DNA of 64,000 nucleotides. It comes from the human T2T-CHM13v2.0 reference genome, Homo sapiens. The stretch lies in NCBI RefSeq assembly GCF_009914755.1, contig NC_060937.1; one strand, written 5' to 3'. The notes beneath the pieces were generated by a model, which was given only the letters and a program-made list of their open reading frames with translations, was not told where the DNA came from and ran no database searches. Positions 35,547-51,129 of the stretch are shown here, piece after piece (the stretch's first letter is position 1; every line of letters starts with the position of its first letter). The position numbers and the translations under genes are program-made.

Positions 35547-36501
35547 TCATCCACCAGGCTGTTCATGGACGTGGGGGGCAGCAGAGGGTCCTCCTCATCT
35601 GGACTCAGTCCAGGAATCAGGGAGTTACTTGCCCTGTCCAATTCCTTGTCCACCTGCTCCCTGGACACACCCACTGTCTCAGGCTGTCCTAAAGGGATCT
35701 GGAGTCAAAATATGCTGACAGGGCTTCCTGGAGCAGAGGCAGAAATTTCTTTCAAGAGATCTGGGTGTTGCCTTGAAGATGGGCTTGGAGGTTAGAGAGG
35801 TGCTTAGGTCAGGAGTCAGCTTCAGGGACGGAGAGTGGGAGCGTTCCAGGACTCCACAGAGCATTGTTCAGAGCACCACGTGGAGACAAAATAGCCAACC
35901 ACCGCACTGGCTCGTTGTGAGCGTTGAAAAAGATAGTCATGGCAATCAGGACATCATAGCTGCGAGCCTGGCAGAAAGCATGGGGATCTGCAAGGAGGTC
36001 AGACCTCAGCAGTAAGGCTTCCAAATCCATATAGATTGCATGAATGGCCACCTTGATGCCTTGTCTATAAAAGGTCTTCTGGTCCTTTCTCAGCATCTGC
36101 TCAGTAGTCAGTCCTGATACCTTGAACTTTGCCTTTTGTAGGGAATCAAAGATATCATTTCTCTTGGGTAGATCTGGGAAGAGGACCTCTAGCTTCTCCA
36201 CATATTGCTGTCTTTAAGGGTTGCCTTTCCAATTTTAAGGTCCATGTTGACACAATCCAGTATGATGGTTCTTAGGTAAGATACGATGGTCGACAAGGAT
36301 AAGGGTGAGTTAGCCAGCCTGGTGCAACGCATGGAGGTCAATCTCATCCCAAAAATCCAAGATAGTCTCTGGAATATGAATCTTCTGAAGAAGGAAGATG
36401 ATGCCACCTTGCAGAGGTAGCTCAGAATGTTCTATATTTAAAACTGCCACAAAGACTTCCTTCTGTCTCAGTTGTCTTTACCAGGTAAAAAGCAGGGCAA
36501 G

Positions 36502-36739
36502 GGCCGAGGCGGGCAGATCACGAGATCAGGAGATCGAGACCACGGTGAAACCCCTTCTCTAGTAAAAATACAAAAAATTAGCCGGGCGCAGTGGCGGGTG
36601 CCTGTAGTCCCAGCTACTCAGGAGGCTGAGGCAGGAGAATGGCGTGAACACAGGAGGCGGAGCTTGCAGTGAGCTGAGATCACACCACTGCACTCCAGCC
36701 TGGGTGACAGAGCTAGACTCTGTCTCAAAAAAAAAAAAA
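36502..36739 (+). mobile_element. AluYd-lineage Alu, 5'-truncated, in the PRUNE retrocopy CDS
   Basis: gagaccacggtgaaa 12-bp deletion; 15-bp TSD aaaaagcagggcaag. Confidence 0.88.
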
Positions 36740-37625
36740 AAAAAGCAGGGCAAGAGCAGACACCATGGAGTCCAAATCACAGGCTTCATTTCCCAGCACA
36801 ACATGTAGAGGTCGGGATTTGTGCAGGGTAGCTCGACAGGCCTGCAGGTAGTCCTCCACGGTGAAGCCCAAAGTTTGCCGTCACCCTAGTCAAGGAACTC
36901 AGGCGCTAGAGAAGGACATATTTTAGATAGATGGTCAGGGAATAATGCTGGAGGAGATGACATTTAAAATTAATATCGAAACAAAAAGGTTAGTTAGCTG
37001 TATAGCTGATGGTGACAGTAGCACATAGCTGACAAAGGGAATAGTATGTCCAAAGGCTCCGAGTCAGGAAACAGCTTGGTGTGTTTGTGGAGCTTCCAGG
37101 CAAGTGTGCCTTTAGCATCTCAAGCAAGGGGAACAATGACAGAATGAGGTTGGAGAGTAGACCATGGTAATGAGTTCAGATTTTATGTTAAGTGTGGTGC
37201 CAGTCCTCAAGAGGTTTCTAAGCAAGGGACGGACATGTATAAATGTATGCTTTAAAAGGTCGCTTTAGTTTTTGAGAAGATCAAGATTCCAGATCAAGTA
37301 GATCAATGTCTTAAAATAGATAAGTGAAGATATTGGTAGCATGCAATAGAACCAAATAGTTTAAAAGCAAATAAACAGTCTTAACAGAGACTGCTACATA
37401 GTAAAACTTCTTGTATAATGTTTAAATTCACTCATGCTCATAAATTCAGTGCTTAGCTCATAATATCAGTACAAAATCCCTTGCTTATTATATGAACATC
37501 AAAAAATGTCAAGACCCTCTCCCTCTTCCTGGGTTCAGAACATGATACCTTTTAGGAAGCCATATAGATATTTTGAAGTTATATAGCACCACTGTGTCAA
37601 CTTAGAATGAAAATAACAGGCTTAC

Positions 37626-37701
37626 ATGGCCATTCTCAAAGTTTTCCAATAACTTGGGGTCGTTAAATTCACAGGATGCTGGGATGGAAGAAGGTGTCTG
37701 A
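37626..37701 (-). pseudogene. ATP8A2-like N-domain exon
   Basis: cctcatag|T QTPSSIPASCEFNDPKLLENFENGH|gtaag, similar to ATP8A2 CDFDDPRLLKNIEDRH. 76 nt, intact. Confidence 0.88.
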
Positions 37702-38405
37702 CTATGAGGAAAAATAGAAAAGATTAACAAAAAGTTCCCGGTGGTGCCAGTCAATATTCAAAAGGATCTGAAATACACACACAGCCCATCTTCTGTTTTT
37801 AAGAGGATCACAAAGAGTCTGCAGAACTATAATAATACTTACAGTTCTGTCCAATGATACATCCTCCCAGCCCTCAAAGCTGCAAAATGGCATCCGAAGA
37901 TGCCTAAACCTGTGTTGAGAACTGTACGGTTATAGGGAATTTGAGCCAGAGTGGCTACGAAAGCAATAAATTCATGGTTAGATTCTAGGCTGTCTGACTA
38001 CCGCACGGGGAAGATCTGTCCAGAGGAGCTTCTGGAAACTGCCATTTGAGATCTGAACAAGAGAGAACTCTGGTATTATATGTCAATACTCTGGTACTGA
38101 TAAAAGTTGGTTGCAGGAAAAGGGAGCAAGGGAAAAGTAGAAAAGAATAGGACTTCTGCCTGAATAACTTCTACAGGGAAATGAGGGAGGAAATGTAATT
38201 GTTTCAAGACTCTACGTATAAAACTCCTTGGGAATTCTAACATGTATCAAAGCAGATGTAAATCATATTTTTAAAATAACTACAAGTTTGCATTTTAAGC
38301 TTTACATTTCAGTCTCATTCAGATACAGCTATAGCTTTAGAAATTCAGTTAAGTCTTAGAGTAAATAAAAACTAATTAATTTTAAGAAAAAAAATGAGAA
38401 TTTCT

Positions 38406-38825
<420 letters not shown>

Positions 38826-38879
38826 CTACACAAAATAAAAATGAACACAATAAACCACATGAATTTAAAACAAATTTAG

Positions 38880-39545
<666 letters not shown>

Positions 39546-40497
39546 CTTGATATTGGGAAAGTGAAAAAAGATCTACTATTGAAAAAGGCAAATGAGTCTT
39601 CTATATTGTGGAATATGATGAACTAACAATGTGAACAACCCTTATGACAAAAACAAGCATAATGCAGGATAAAGAAAAAAAGCTCATATTTTAAAATACA
39701 TCCCAAAGTTGTTCCAGAAGTAAGCAATCCTCCGAGGTCAAACTCAGACCTGTAGAAGGTAGGTGGAAATTCAAATTCAAACCATGAAAGGAAGGTGAGT
39801 ATCAAAGTGAGCTCTAAGAGTGCTCTAAGAAAAAGTGCCCTGGAATCCTAAGGTTTTTATCTTGAAGGTTGCACAGGGGCTAGAAGTACATGGCTGCCCC
39901 AGGTGGAGAGTGTCATGGAACACCCCTCCATAAATCTGAACAAGAGGGATACCACCTAAAAACAAGCATTAAAGAGAAGTAAACTGCTCAGCAGAATGGG
40001 ATGGCACACACATTTGCCTGATTGAACCCTGAGACTGGATGGAAGAAAAATATATTTTTCTAGAGAATGTCAATGCAAGCTGGCCTCTCCAGGAACTTGT
40101 GGCCAAATTCACATGACCCATGGATTCAAACCTTCTCAAGTAGAGGATTTAAATTAATGTAGTCTCAAGTGATTGGCAGAAGTAAATGCAAATCTTTCTG
40201 CAGAGATGCAACTTCAACCCAGACCTTCAAGAATTCCTACCAAAAAAAACTTCCAAGGATCATGGGGTCATAGTTAAAACAAGGCACCCTAAGTGAAAAC
40301 CAGCAGATACAAGAGAAAAAGAATCAGATCCACAAATAATTTGGATAGACTGAGAATATGAAATAAATAGGTTTTGTGTGGTTTTTAAAAACAGTTTAAA
40401 AACATGAACAAGGAACAAGAAAATAAAAATAAACTGTATATTTTTAAAATAAACTTCTAGAAAGTTAAAATTATAATGGTTGAAAAACATAAAACTT

Positions 40498-40763
40498 GCT
40501 GGGCATGGTGGCTCACTCCTGTAATCCCAGCACTTTGGGAGGCCTAGGGTGGGTGGACCACTTGAGGTCAGGAGTTCGAGACCAGCCTGGCCAACATGGG
40601 GAAACCCCATCTCTACTAAAGAATACAAAAATTAGCCGGGTTTGGTGGTGCGCACCTAGCTACTCAGGAGGCTGAGCCAGGAGAATCACTTGAACTCAGG
40701 AGGCAGAGGTTGCTGTGAGCCGAGATCACATGACTGCACTCCAGCCTGGGTGACAGAGCAAAA
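40498..40763 (+). mobile_element. AluS-like
   Basis: Alu whose tail has become a TA-rich microsatellite. Confidence 0.92.
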
Positions 40764-40765
40764 CC

Positions 40766-40796
<31 letters not shown>

Positions 40797-40899
40797 TATA
40801 TATATGTATATACGTATATACGTATATGCATATGTATACGTATATACGTATATACGTATATACATATATATACATATATACACATATATATATATGTAT
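40766..40899. repeat. (TA)n/(CA)n/(TATACG)n microsatellite
   Basis: About 134 bp of alternating purine-pyrimidine sequence. Confidence 0.95.
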
Positions 40900-40965
40900 A
40901 ACTTAAAACTTCTCTGAAAGATTAAACCACAGAGTCAAATGAAGAGACAATTAGAAAGCAGAAAG

Positions 40966-41270
40966 AGGCCAGGCGCAGTGGCTCATGCCTGTAATCCCAG
41001 CACTTTGGATGGCTGAGGAGGGCAGATTACTTGAGGTCAGGAGTTCGAGACCAGGCTGGCCAACATGGTGAAACCCTGTCTCTACTAAAAATACAAAAAT
41101 TAGCTGGGTGTGGTAGCACACACCTGTAATCCCAGCTTCTTAGGAGTCTGAGGCAGGAGAATCGCTTGAACCCAGAAGGCGGAGGTTGCAGTGAGCTGAG
41201 ATCATGCCACACTGCACTTGACCCTGGCCAACAGAGTGAGACTCTGTCTCCAAAAAAAAAAAAAAAAAAA
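40966..41270 (+). mobile_element. AluSx/Sz-like
   Basis: Full Alu with A-tail. Confidence 0.93.
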
Positions 41271-42029
41271 ACCAGAAAGATAAATGGGAAGAAATTATTC
41301 AGTGCAGAGAGATAATGAGATAGGAGATATGACTGGAGGGTAAGAGGCCAGAAGGCAGAGATAAAAGGGCCAACATACATCTAGTTGGAAATCCAAAGGG
41401 AAAGAAAATGGAGGCTGGAGATGAGTCAATATTTAAACATAGATCGGAGTTTTCCAAAGTTGCTGAAAGTCATTGATCCTCATATTCTGGGAGCCCAGTG
41501 AATCCGGATAGGATAAATAAAAAGTTACGCAGTAGTGAAACCATAGTGGTCTAAAGAGAAAAATTTCAAAGCAGAAAGCAAAGACCAACCACATGCCCAG
41601 CTATCAATGCTAGACTGATGAGTAGCTTCTCAAAACCATCAATGGTATAAGATGATGGAATAGTTTCAAGATTCTGGGAAAAAGTAACAATATTTCAAGT
41701 AGGGAGAAGTAAGGACATTTTCAGACGTGAAATTTGAGAGATTTGTCCACCAACCCCTCTCTAAAGGAAACTTTAAACACATCATTTAGGTCATCATTGA
41801 GGCAGGAGTTCATTTAGGTGACATATGTGCAAACTCAGACGAAAGTTCTGAGTTATGAGAATTAAAGGTGAGCAAGGACATTGATAAGTATGTGGATAAA
41901 TCTAAATAAGCACTGCTGCATAAAATAATGATGACAATAGTAGTCTTATTGGCAGGGTTAAAAGATTTTAAAATCAAAATACTAGACAAAAGTAGCGTAT
42001 AACTGCAAGAGACAAACAGTGTTAAAGTA

Positions 42030-42880
42030 TTTTTATTATTGGTAAAATATACATAAGATAATATTTACCATTTTAACCATTTTTACATGTCATTAAGTAC
42101 ATTCACATTGTTGTGCAGTCATCACCACCATCATCTCCAGAACTTTTTCATCATCCCAAGCGAAACTCCATATCTATTGAACAATCACTTCCTGTTCTCC
42201 TCTTTTCCCCATCCTGGAAACCACTATTCTACTGTCTGTCTCTATGAATATGAGAATTCCAGGTATTTCAGATAGGTGGAATCATACAATAATTGTCCTT
42301 TTGTGTCTGGCATATTTCATCTAGCATAAGGCCTCAAGGTTCATCTATGTTGTAGCATCCATCAGAATTTCACTCCTTTTTAAAACTGGGTATGTTTCAT
42401 TGTGTAGATAGACCATACTTTGTTTATCCATTCATCCACTGATAGTCATTAGAGATTTTTCTACCGTTTTGCTACTGTAAATAATGATTTTATGAACATT
42501 GGTATACAAGACCTCTTTGAGGTTCTGCTTTTAGCTTTTTTGTGTATATACCTAAATGTGGAATTACTGGATCATATGGTAATTCTATATTTATTTTGTT
42601 GAGGAACCAGCGTATTATTTTCCATAGCAGCTACACCTTTTTTTTTTTTTTGCTTTAAAAAAATAGCCATCCTAATGGGTATGAGGTAATGGCTCATTGT
42701 GATTCTGATTTGCATTTTCCTAATGATTAATGATGCTGAGAAGCTTTTCACGTACTCCTTGGACATTTGTATATCTTCTTGGAAAAAATGTCTACTCAAA
42801 TCCTTTGCCGAGTTTTGAACTGGATTTTTTTTCTGTAGGGTTGTAGTTATTCATATATGCTGGATGTTAAACTCCCTTTC
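42030..42880 (-). mobile_element. L1MB-type 3' end
   Basis: Antisense L1 3'UTR and ORF2 end (MSRHFFQEDIQM..). Confidence 0.88.
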
Positions 42881-43102
42881 GTCTTGCTGTTTCAAATGTC
42901 ATTGATTTCTGATCTTTGTGTTTTACCTACATAAACAATATAATTTATTTTCAAAGCTTGAACCAAAGGTAACTTTTATTAATAATATATTGAATCACTT
43001 ACCTAAAGAGGCTAGGGTCACTTGACTAGGCAGCGTGAATGAAGTGATCCTTTTCCAACTGTCAATAGAAACCATACATTCTAAAGGATTAGCAAATAAT
43101 CA

Positions 43103-43492
<390 letters not shown>

Positions 43493-44780
43493 TCAAAAGG
43501 CTGCTGTTGTAATTCTCTGAACAGACATTTCCAGGAGTCAAAATCCTTTTTAAATACTTACTGAAAATTCATTATTCAAATGATGCTATTCAAGGTAACT
43601 AGAAATTAGAAAGTATATCTACCAATTACTGGTTATAATGACTAGCATTAATTAAGTTGGTACTATACACTAGACACTGTGTTGAATGCCTTGCATATAC
43701 AGTATTTTATTCAATCCTCATAGCAACCTCATGACATAGATTCTATTGTCATGCCCATTTTAGAGATTAGAGATCAAGACCAGGGAAGTTACATGAGAGG
43801 CCCAAGATGACACTGCTGATGAATAGTAAAGCCAGGAATCATACCCAGGAAATTTAACTCAAAACTCTGCCTTTTACCACAATTTATATATTGTCCCCGA
43901 TTCATTGAAAAATAGAAAATTGCAATCCAGTAAAACATATTAAGAACAAAAAGTGGCTAGAAAAAAATAATTAAATGTCTTTCTTTTTCTAGGTACTGTA
44001 CAAGCGTGGGAGTTTTTAAAAATGTAATTTACACCTATAAAGACGTGATTGTAGTTTAAAAGGGAAATTAAACAAAGCTATTGTGCTGACTGTCCATTGG
44101 TAACCTGACTTTGCTCCCATCTCTTTCTATTGTCCTGCAGGGACTGGCCGGGGTGGTGTGCATTTCTCCTGATCTCTCATCAGCCTGATTCCAAGTCAGG
44201 TTCTGCCTTTCAGAGGAATGTTCAGTAAAAAAGTAGAAGCTTTATTATTGTTCTTCTGGCAGTGGTGAGCAGACTGTTGAGTTTGGCAGATGTAAAACTT
44301 TGTAGCAGCCTCTGAAATTTCTAGCAGTCTTGGGATGCTTGCTGTGGGTCATCTGCCCCAGGGAGGCAGGGCAAGGGGGCTCCTGCCAGCAGGTTCCTGA
44401 CTCTGAAAGCTCATTGCGACCTGAGAGCTGAAAATAACCTTCACTATCTTCCCCTCTAGCTCTTCCATTCTTTCATAAGTACATAATAACCTATATTAGA
44501 TCTGTTCTGCTTGAACCTAACACTGTATTATCAGCTACCCCATGAGGCAATATTATTACCCATGATACAGTATTGTCAATTACCCATGATGCAGTATTAC
44601 CCATGATGCAGCATTATCAATATTTTGAACAAAGTATGATTTAAATTCCCCCCTGGCTCCATGTATGTCCATTAAAGCTATACTCTGTGGCTGACTTTGG
44701 CATTTTAATTTGCACAAGTTCTCCCTAGAGGCTTCTTTAAAGCTCCTATCACATTGTCCAGTCCTTAAAGGAGCCCTCAC

Positions 44781-44858
44781 CTGCCCAAGTTCTTCATTGA
44801 GATTGAATGTTCTGGCCATGGCACAGATATTATTGATTTTATAATGCATATCTTCATC
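44781..44858 (-). pseudogene. ATP8A-like exon (ARTSNLNEELGQ)
   Basis: cttgcag|DEDMHYKINNICAMARTFNLNEELGQ|gtgagg. 78 nt, splice sites intact. Confidence 0.96.
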
Positions 44859-45338
44859 CTGCAAGAAATGAAAAAGTCTTTCACGCTGCCACTGAGCTCT
44901 CTATGTGACTGACATTTAGAAAGACTTCACAATGGAGAATGTAGAATACTTGGATTAAAGATAGAGTGTATCTTTAGTTTCTCACATATTAGCAGAATCA
45001 AATCAGGAGAGGCAGTGCCATGTAGAAATAAATTTTGATGTGTTGGTGATCTGAAGTTGGAAAACTTGGCTTGCAAAGCCCTGGCTCTGCCTCAGACAAG
45101 CTGTGGCCCTTAAGAAAGTTAATTAACATCTCTGTGCCTCAGCTACTACATCTATAAAATGGAAGCAACAATACAGATCTCACAGCTCTCTTGGGAAAGA
45201 GAATGCATTTGAAAGCACCTGCTTCATGTTGTGGCTGTTAAAATAATATTCCTCTTCAAATGTTGGCAAGCCAATGGTATATCGAGAGGATATTTTTAAT
45301 ATGTGACATTTAGCAATAATTTAATTTTTTAAAAAAAT

Positions 45339-45628
45339 GTTTTTTTGAGACTGAGTCTCGCTGTGTTGCTCAGGTTGGAGTGCAGTGGTGCCATCTTGGC
45401 TCACTGAAACCTCTGCCTCTCAGGTTCAAGTGATCCTTGTGCCTCAGCCTCCCAAGTAGCCGGGATTACAGGAGTGCGCCACCACACCCGACTAATTTTT
45501 GTATTTTTACTAGAGACCAGGTTTCACCATGTTGCCCAAGCTGGTCTCCAACTCCTGGGCTCAAGCAATCCACCTGCCTCAGCCACCCAAAGTGCTGGGA
45601 TTACAGCCATGAACCACCGCGCCTGGCC
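45339..45628 (-). mobile_element. AluJb-like
   Basis: Antisense Alu with ctcctgggctcaagcaatcc. Confidence 0.9.
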
Positions 45629-46110
45629 CAAAAATAATTTTTAAATATAACTAAATTTTGCAACCCCATGTTCACACTAGAAAATTAGTTCAGTCCCAAC
45701 TTATTAAGTATTTATGACAGTCAATACCCAGTTGTCCCCTAAGAAATCTTTTCTTGAATGTGAAGTAATTCGGGAATGATTAAGTGTCTGTCATTCTTGC
45801 CAAGATTTGTAAGTCTACTGGACTCTCCTCCCCTTCTTTATTGACTGTTTTCAATCTTAATGGATTAACTATCTCTCTACATTTACCGCTAAACCACTCT
45901 CTCTTAAACCTTTATCAGTTAAAACAAATATGTTAAAAAATGGCATCCTCAAGATGAACACAAAGAGGACAAGCAGAGCTGAGCCACGTTGATAGCAATG
46001 CTTGGCTTAGACTAGTTCCATCATGAGGACAGTTACATTGACTCTTAAAAGGAACACAAAAGCTATGCCTTAAGAAATAATTTTTTTAATTTTCTGATTT
46101 TAATACTCAC

Positions 46111-46558
<448 letters not shown>

Positions 46559-47013
46559 TCACAGCTTCCGGCAATGCCTTTATTCATCTTTGTTTGCACT
46601 ATTGCATTTTTAAATTTTGGAATTTTCTCTATGAAAATTATGATTAAAAGTGGACACAAATATTAAATATTTTAAAATGTATATTAGTTCCACACCAGCC
46701 ATGTAATAAGGAGTATGGGAAGCTTTGAGATTCAAGATCAAAGAAGATACCAACTTTGCCCTCAGGGAACTTAGCGTGAAGCTTGGGAAAGTCAGCTGGG
46801 TTAGGAAATACAGTATGACGAATTCCAGAGTGGCACTGAGCGCTGAGCACAGGGACAACAGCACAAAGTAGGGGGCCTAGAGGGGATCTCAGGAAAGGAG
46901 ATGAACCAAGTTGAAACAAGAAGTTCGTTACATGCAGATGAGGGGAAGTGAATGAGCAGGGTATTCTAATTCTAGCTGGAAATAACAGTAGGTGTGAAGT
47001 CAAAGAGACCTGA

Positions 47014-47375
<362 letters not shown>

Positions 47376-48143
47376 TGAAGCTCTGAGGATTCTAACTCTT
47401 TGGGATGACAAAACAAATGCAAAGCAAATACGAAGTGATGTGGTCCTGAGCTGGCCATAGTTCCGCAAGAGCATGCACCCAGTTCCTCAGTCACACGGGG
47501 CCCAGCTTTCTTTGACGAGTCTCTCACCACTCCATGCCTCCTTCTGCCCTCTACACAGCAGTCACACTGAGCTGCACTTGCCAAATTGCCTTTGGACATG
47601 GGCAATATTCTTGGCCTAGAGCTCTCCTATGAGGCTCCCCTTCATTCTTCCCTCCCAACTCCTTTTAATTTCCATCTGTTCTCATCCTTAAGGTTTCAGT
47701 TTGTGTGTTACTTCCTCATGGAAGCCTCAATATTAGGTTGGAAGGGGCTCCAATGTGGACACGTGGCATCCTATACTTTCCCTTCTTCATTTACTGTCAG
47801 TATGCTATTACTTTGACTGTCTTCCTCCATACATTATAAATACCTCGGGGGCAGGAAACATCCTGTTTCTCACTGTACCCCAAGGTCTCAGCACAACGTC
47901 TTGCATTATATGCTAACTGTGGAAGGAAGAGCGAAAGCCAAATGCGTTTTAGAAAATGGAAAAAATGGGTAGATTTGCTGTCAATTTACTTTTCATTAAT
48001 AATAAACATTCAGGAAATTCCTAGTCCAAAACAAGACTTAGTTGAGATTCTCTTCAGATGAAAAAACAAAAAACAACAACAAAAAAACAACACACACAAA
48101 AACAAGATGTCCTGAGGGGTGATCAAAAGAAAGATAGCAATAG

Positions 48144-48494
<351 letters not shown>

Positions 48495-49001
48495 AAAGTT
48501 GGGTAGAACTCCTAATGTCATTTTGGCAAAAAAAAAAAAAAAAAAAAAAAAAATTCTTAACCATAACTAGGGGCCATATATAGAGTAAAATCAATCAATG
48601 CAGATGTAATGTAAAACAAGCATTATTCATATGAAAACTTTTTTGATAAATGAAAGCAAAGAAACACACATTGTTTACAAAAAATCATTCATTTCGGACT
48701 ATGTAAAATATACTCAACTTATGTAAACAAGGAAAACCTAAGTTAAAACAAAATTTCCCCCAGCCCCTGAAGACACAGGATAATTGTGCTTTAGGCAATA
48801 AATGTCTGGTAAGAAATAATTTTAAAAGTCAGAAGAAATATCTAAAACTAGAGATGAGATACGAACCTCTCTGAAAATTTCAGGGTAATAAACACAAATT
48901 AGCCTTCTAAATTTAAGAGATATATACTAAACTCCCTCACTTCATCAAAGCAGAAGGAAAAGTCGAGTAGCAGTACTATTTATCATCACAGATAATTTTA
49001 A

Positions 49002-49113
49002 CTGCATGAGTTTCATTTCAAATCCAGTCTAAACAGCTACACCAATGATCCACTGAGTATTTCCAAGCTGTGTACCTCTAAACAAGACCTGATCAGGCCC
49101 AATTGGAACAGGG
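49002..49113 (-). pseudogene. ATP8A-like exon (LLRG..LRNT.W..G...YTG)
   Basis: tttttag|[37 protein letters not shown]|ttaaaa. TAG at 49029-49031; donor GT->TT. Confidence 0.94.
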
Positions 49114-49553
49114 CTAAAAATGCAAAAATATCATTTATAAAGTACCAAAGAAATTTTCTCTTTTCACAATGTAAAAAAGCCCAGGTTTTACCTTACATAT
49201 ATTTCCTATTGTCAAGTTCAATTTTTTGAGCAAATGACAAAACAACAAATGTTTTTTCATAAAAAGCACCTATTCCTAAAAGAGTCTGGAAAAATGTTTT
49301 GTTTTAGTATCCATTTCTCACCATTCCAAACAAATGTCAATCAAAAATTTTAGAGAAAAAAACCATCTCTTACACCTAGGGTAACTATAAAATTTATTTG
49401 TCAGAGAAGATGACGTAGACAAATAGAAACCTGTGTGCCAATTTAGCAATCTATAGAAAGGATTACATGTGGTAATTCAGAGCTAGCTCAGTCGGCCATG
49501 TTTTCTTGGCCTCCACCCCTCCAGCACTGGATTGACTTGCTATGTAAAAGATG

Positions 49554-49869
<316 letters not shown>

Positions 49870-50233
49870 CTAAGAAACTTGTAGTGGAAAATGTGGAAGT
49901 ATGGAGCAAACTCCTCTATCATCATCAAACCTTTCAACACCTTGTTCTTCCCACTGATTTACTCCAAGGATCGTAGATATTTACAGGTAGGTATACTGAC
50001 TAAGAAACTGCCATACACTTTCCAGCCATATTTAAGAATGCTTTTTTTAATTACATAAATGCTTATTGCATTACAATAAATTACAATTCCATAGATGCTT
50101 CAGGGTATTTCAAAGCCAAGTACAATATGAACAAGTACAATGTTTTAAAATGTAATCAGTTGACAAAACAAATGTTGTCATATTCTATGTTCCATAAAAG
50201 AAAAAAAACTGTTTGTGAAGAGAAAGATAATAC

Positions 50234-50362
50234 ATTTTACCCCTTAGGCTCCAGGTTCCAGCGAAGCTATTGAAATGAAGATGAGGTGCTTCACAGTCTA
50301 TTTTTCCAGATAGACTTAACAACTGGTTTTCTGGTAGCACTTCAGCTTGTATCTGGCAAAGC
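50234..50362 (-). pseudogene. ATP8A-like exon, A-domain
   Basis: ttttgtag|ALPDT(+1 nt)AEVLPENQLLSLSGKIDCEAPHLHFNSFAGTWSLRGK|gtatta, matching LSG.IECE.PNRHLYDF.G. 129 nt including a 1-nt insertion. Confidence 0.9.
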
Positions 50363-50724
50363 CTACAAAATAAAACCAAAGAGAGAAAAATAAAAGTAGA
50401 AGTTTAATGTACTATGTTTAAACTTCCATGTCTTTAGTAATTAATAAAAGATTATGATAGTATCTAAAAATGTATTGCACTCACTAGATAATAAAATAAT
50501 GCACATCACACTTTAATATAAACCTTGTTAGAAGATGTTGCCATCCCAGCATTTTGCAAATAACTTTAATAAAAAGGAAAGAGGTAGAAACATTAAGTTT
50601 TCATCACCTGTACTGAAAGTATTGTTTTTGAAAGTGTAATCACCATGACCGTATAACATTTGATACATTTATGTATGTAGCTGATGATTTTGAACTATCG
50701 ATCACACTTTGAGTAGCAAGGATT

Positions 50725-50925
50725 TAGAACAGTGGTTCCAAACTTTTTGCAGGCATCAGATTCACCAAAAGGTCTTGTTAAAATACAGATTCCTGGGATC
50801 CACCCACAGGGTTTTTTCTTTGGTGGTTCTGCGGTGGGGGGTGCCAGAATTTGCATTTCTAACAGTTCCCACAAGATGATGCTGTTGCTGAGCCAGAGAT
50901 CAGACTTTGAAAACCACTGATCTAG
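50725..50925. mobile_element. MER5A-like DNA transposon
   Basis: cagtggttccaaac..gcatcagattcacc..gcatttctaacagttccc..ctttgaaaaccactg. Confidence 0.82.
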
Positions 50926-51129
50926 AGAATGCCTTATTCCAATAAAATAAGATGATGTCAGCTTTACAGACAGAGAAGAGGCAGATTATCTTCAAGAGAA
51001 TAAGAATAAAATTGTCCAAAGTCTTTTTCACAGAATACAAGATACAGGAAGACAGTGGATTTTTAAGTATTGAAATAAAAGACCTCTAGATTGATGGGTT
51101 TTTATGAAAATTTTTCTGTTATTCAAATT

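Noticed and set aside
44536-44611. Repeat-spacer pattern resembling CRISPR
   Set aside because: Primate DNA, spacers of only 0-8 nt and no cas genes.
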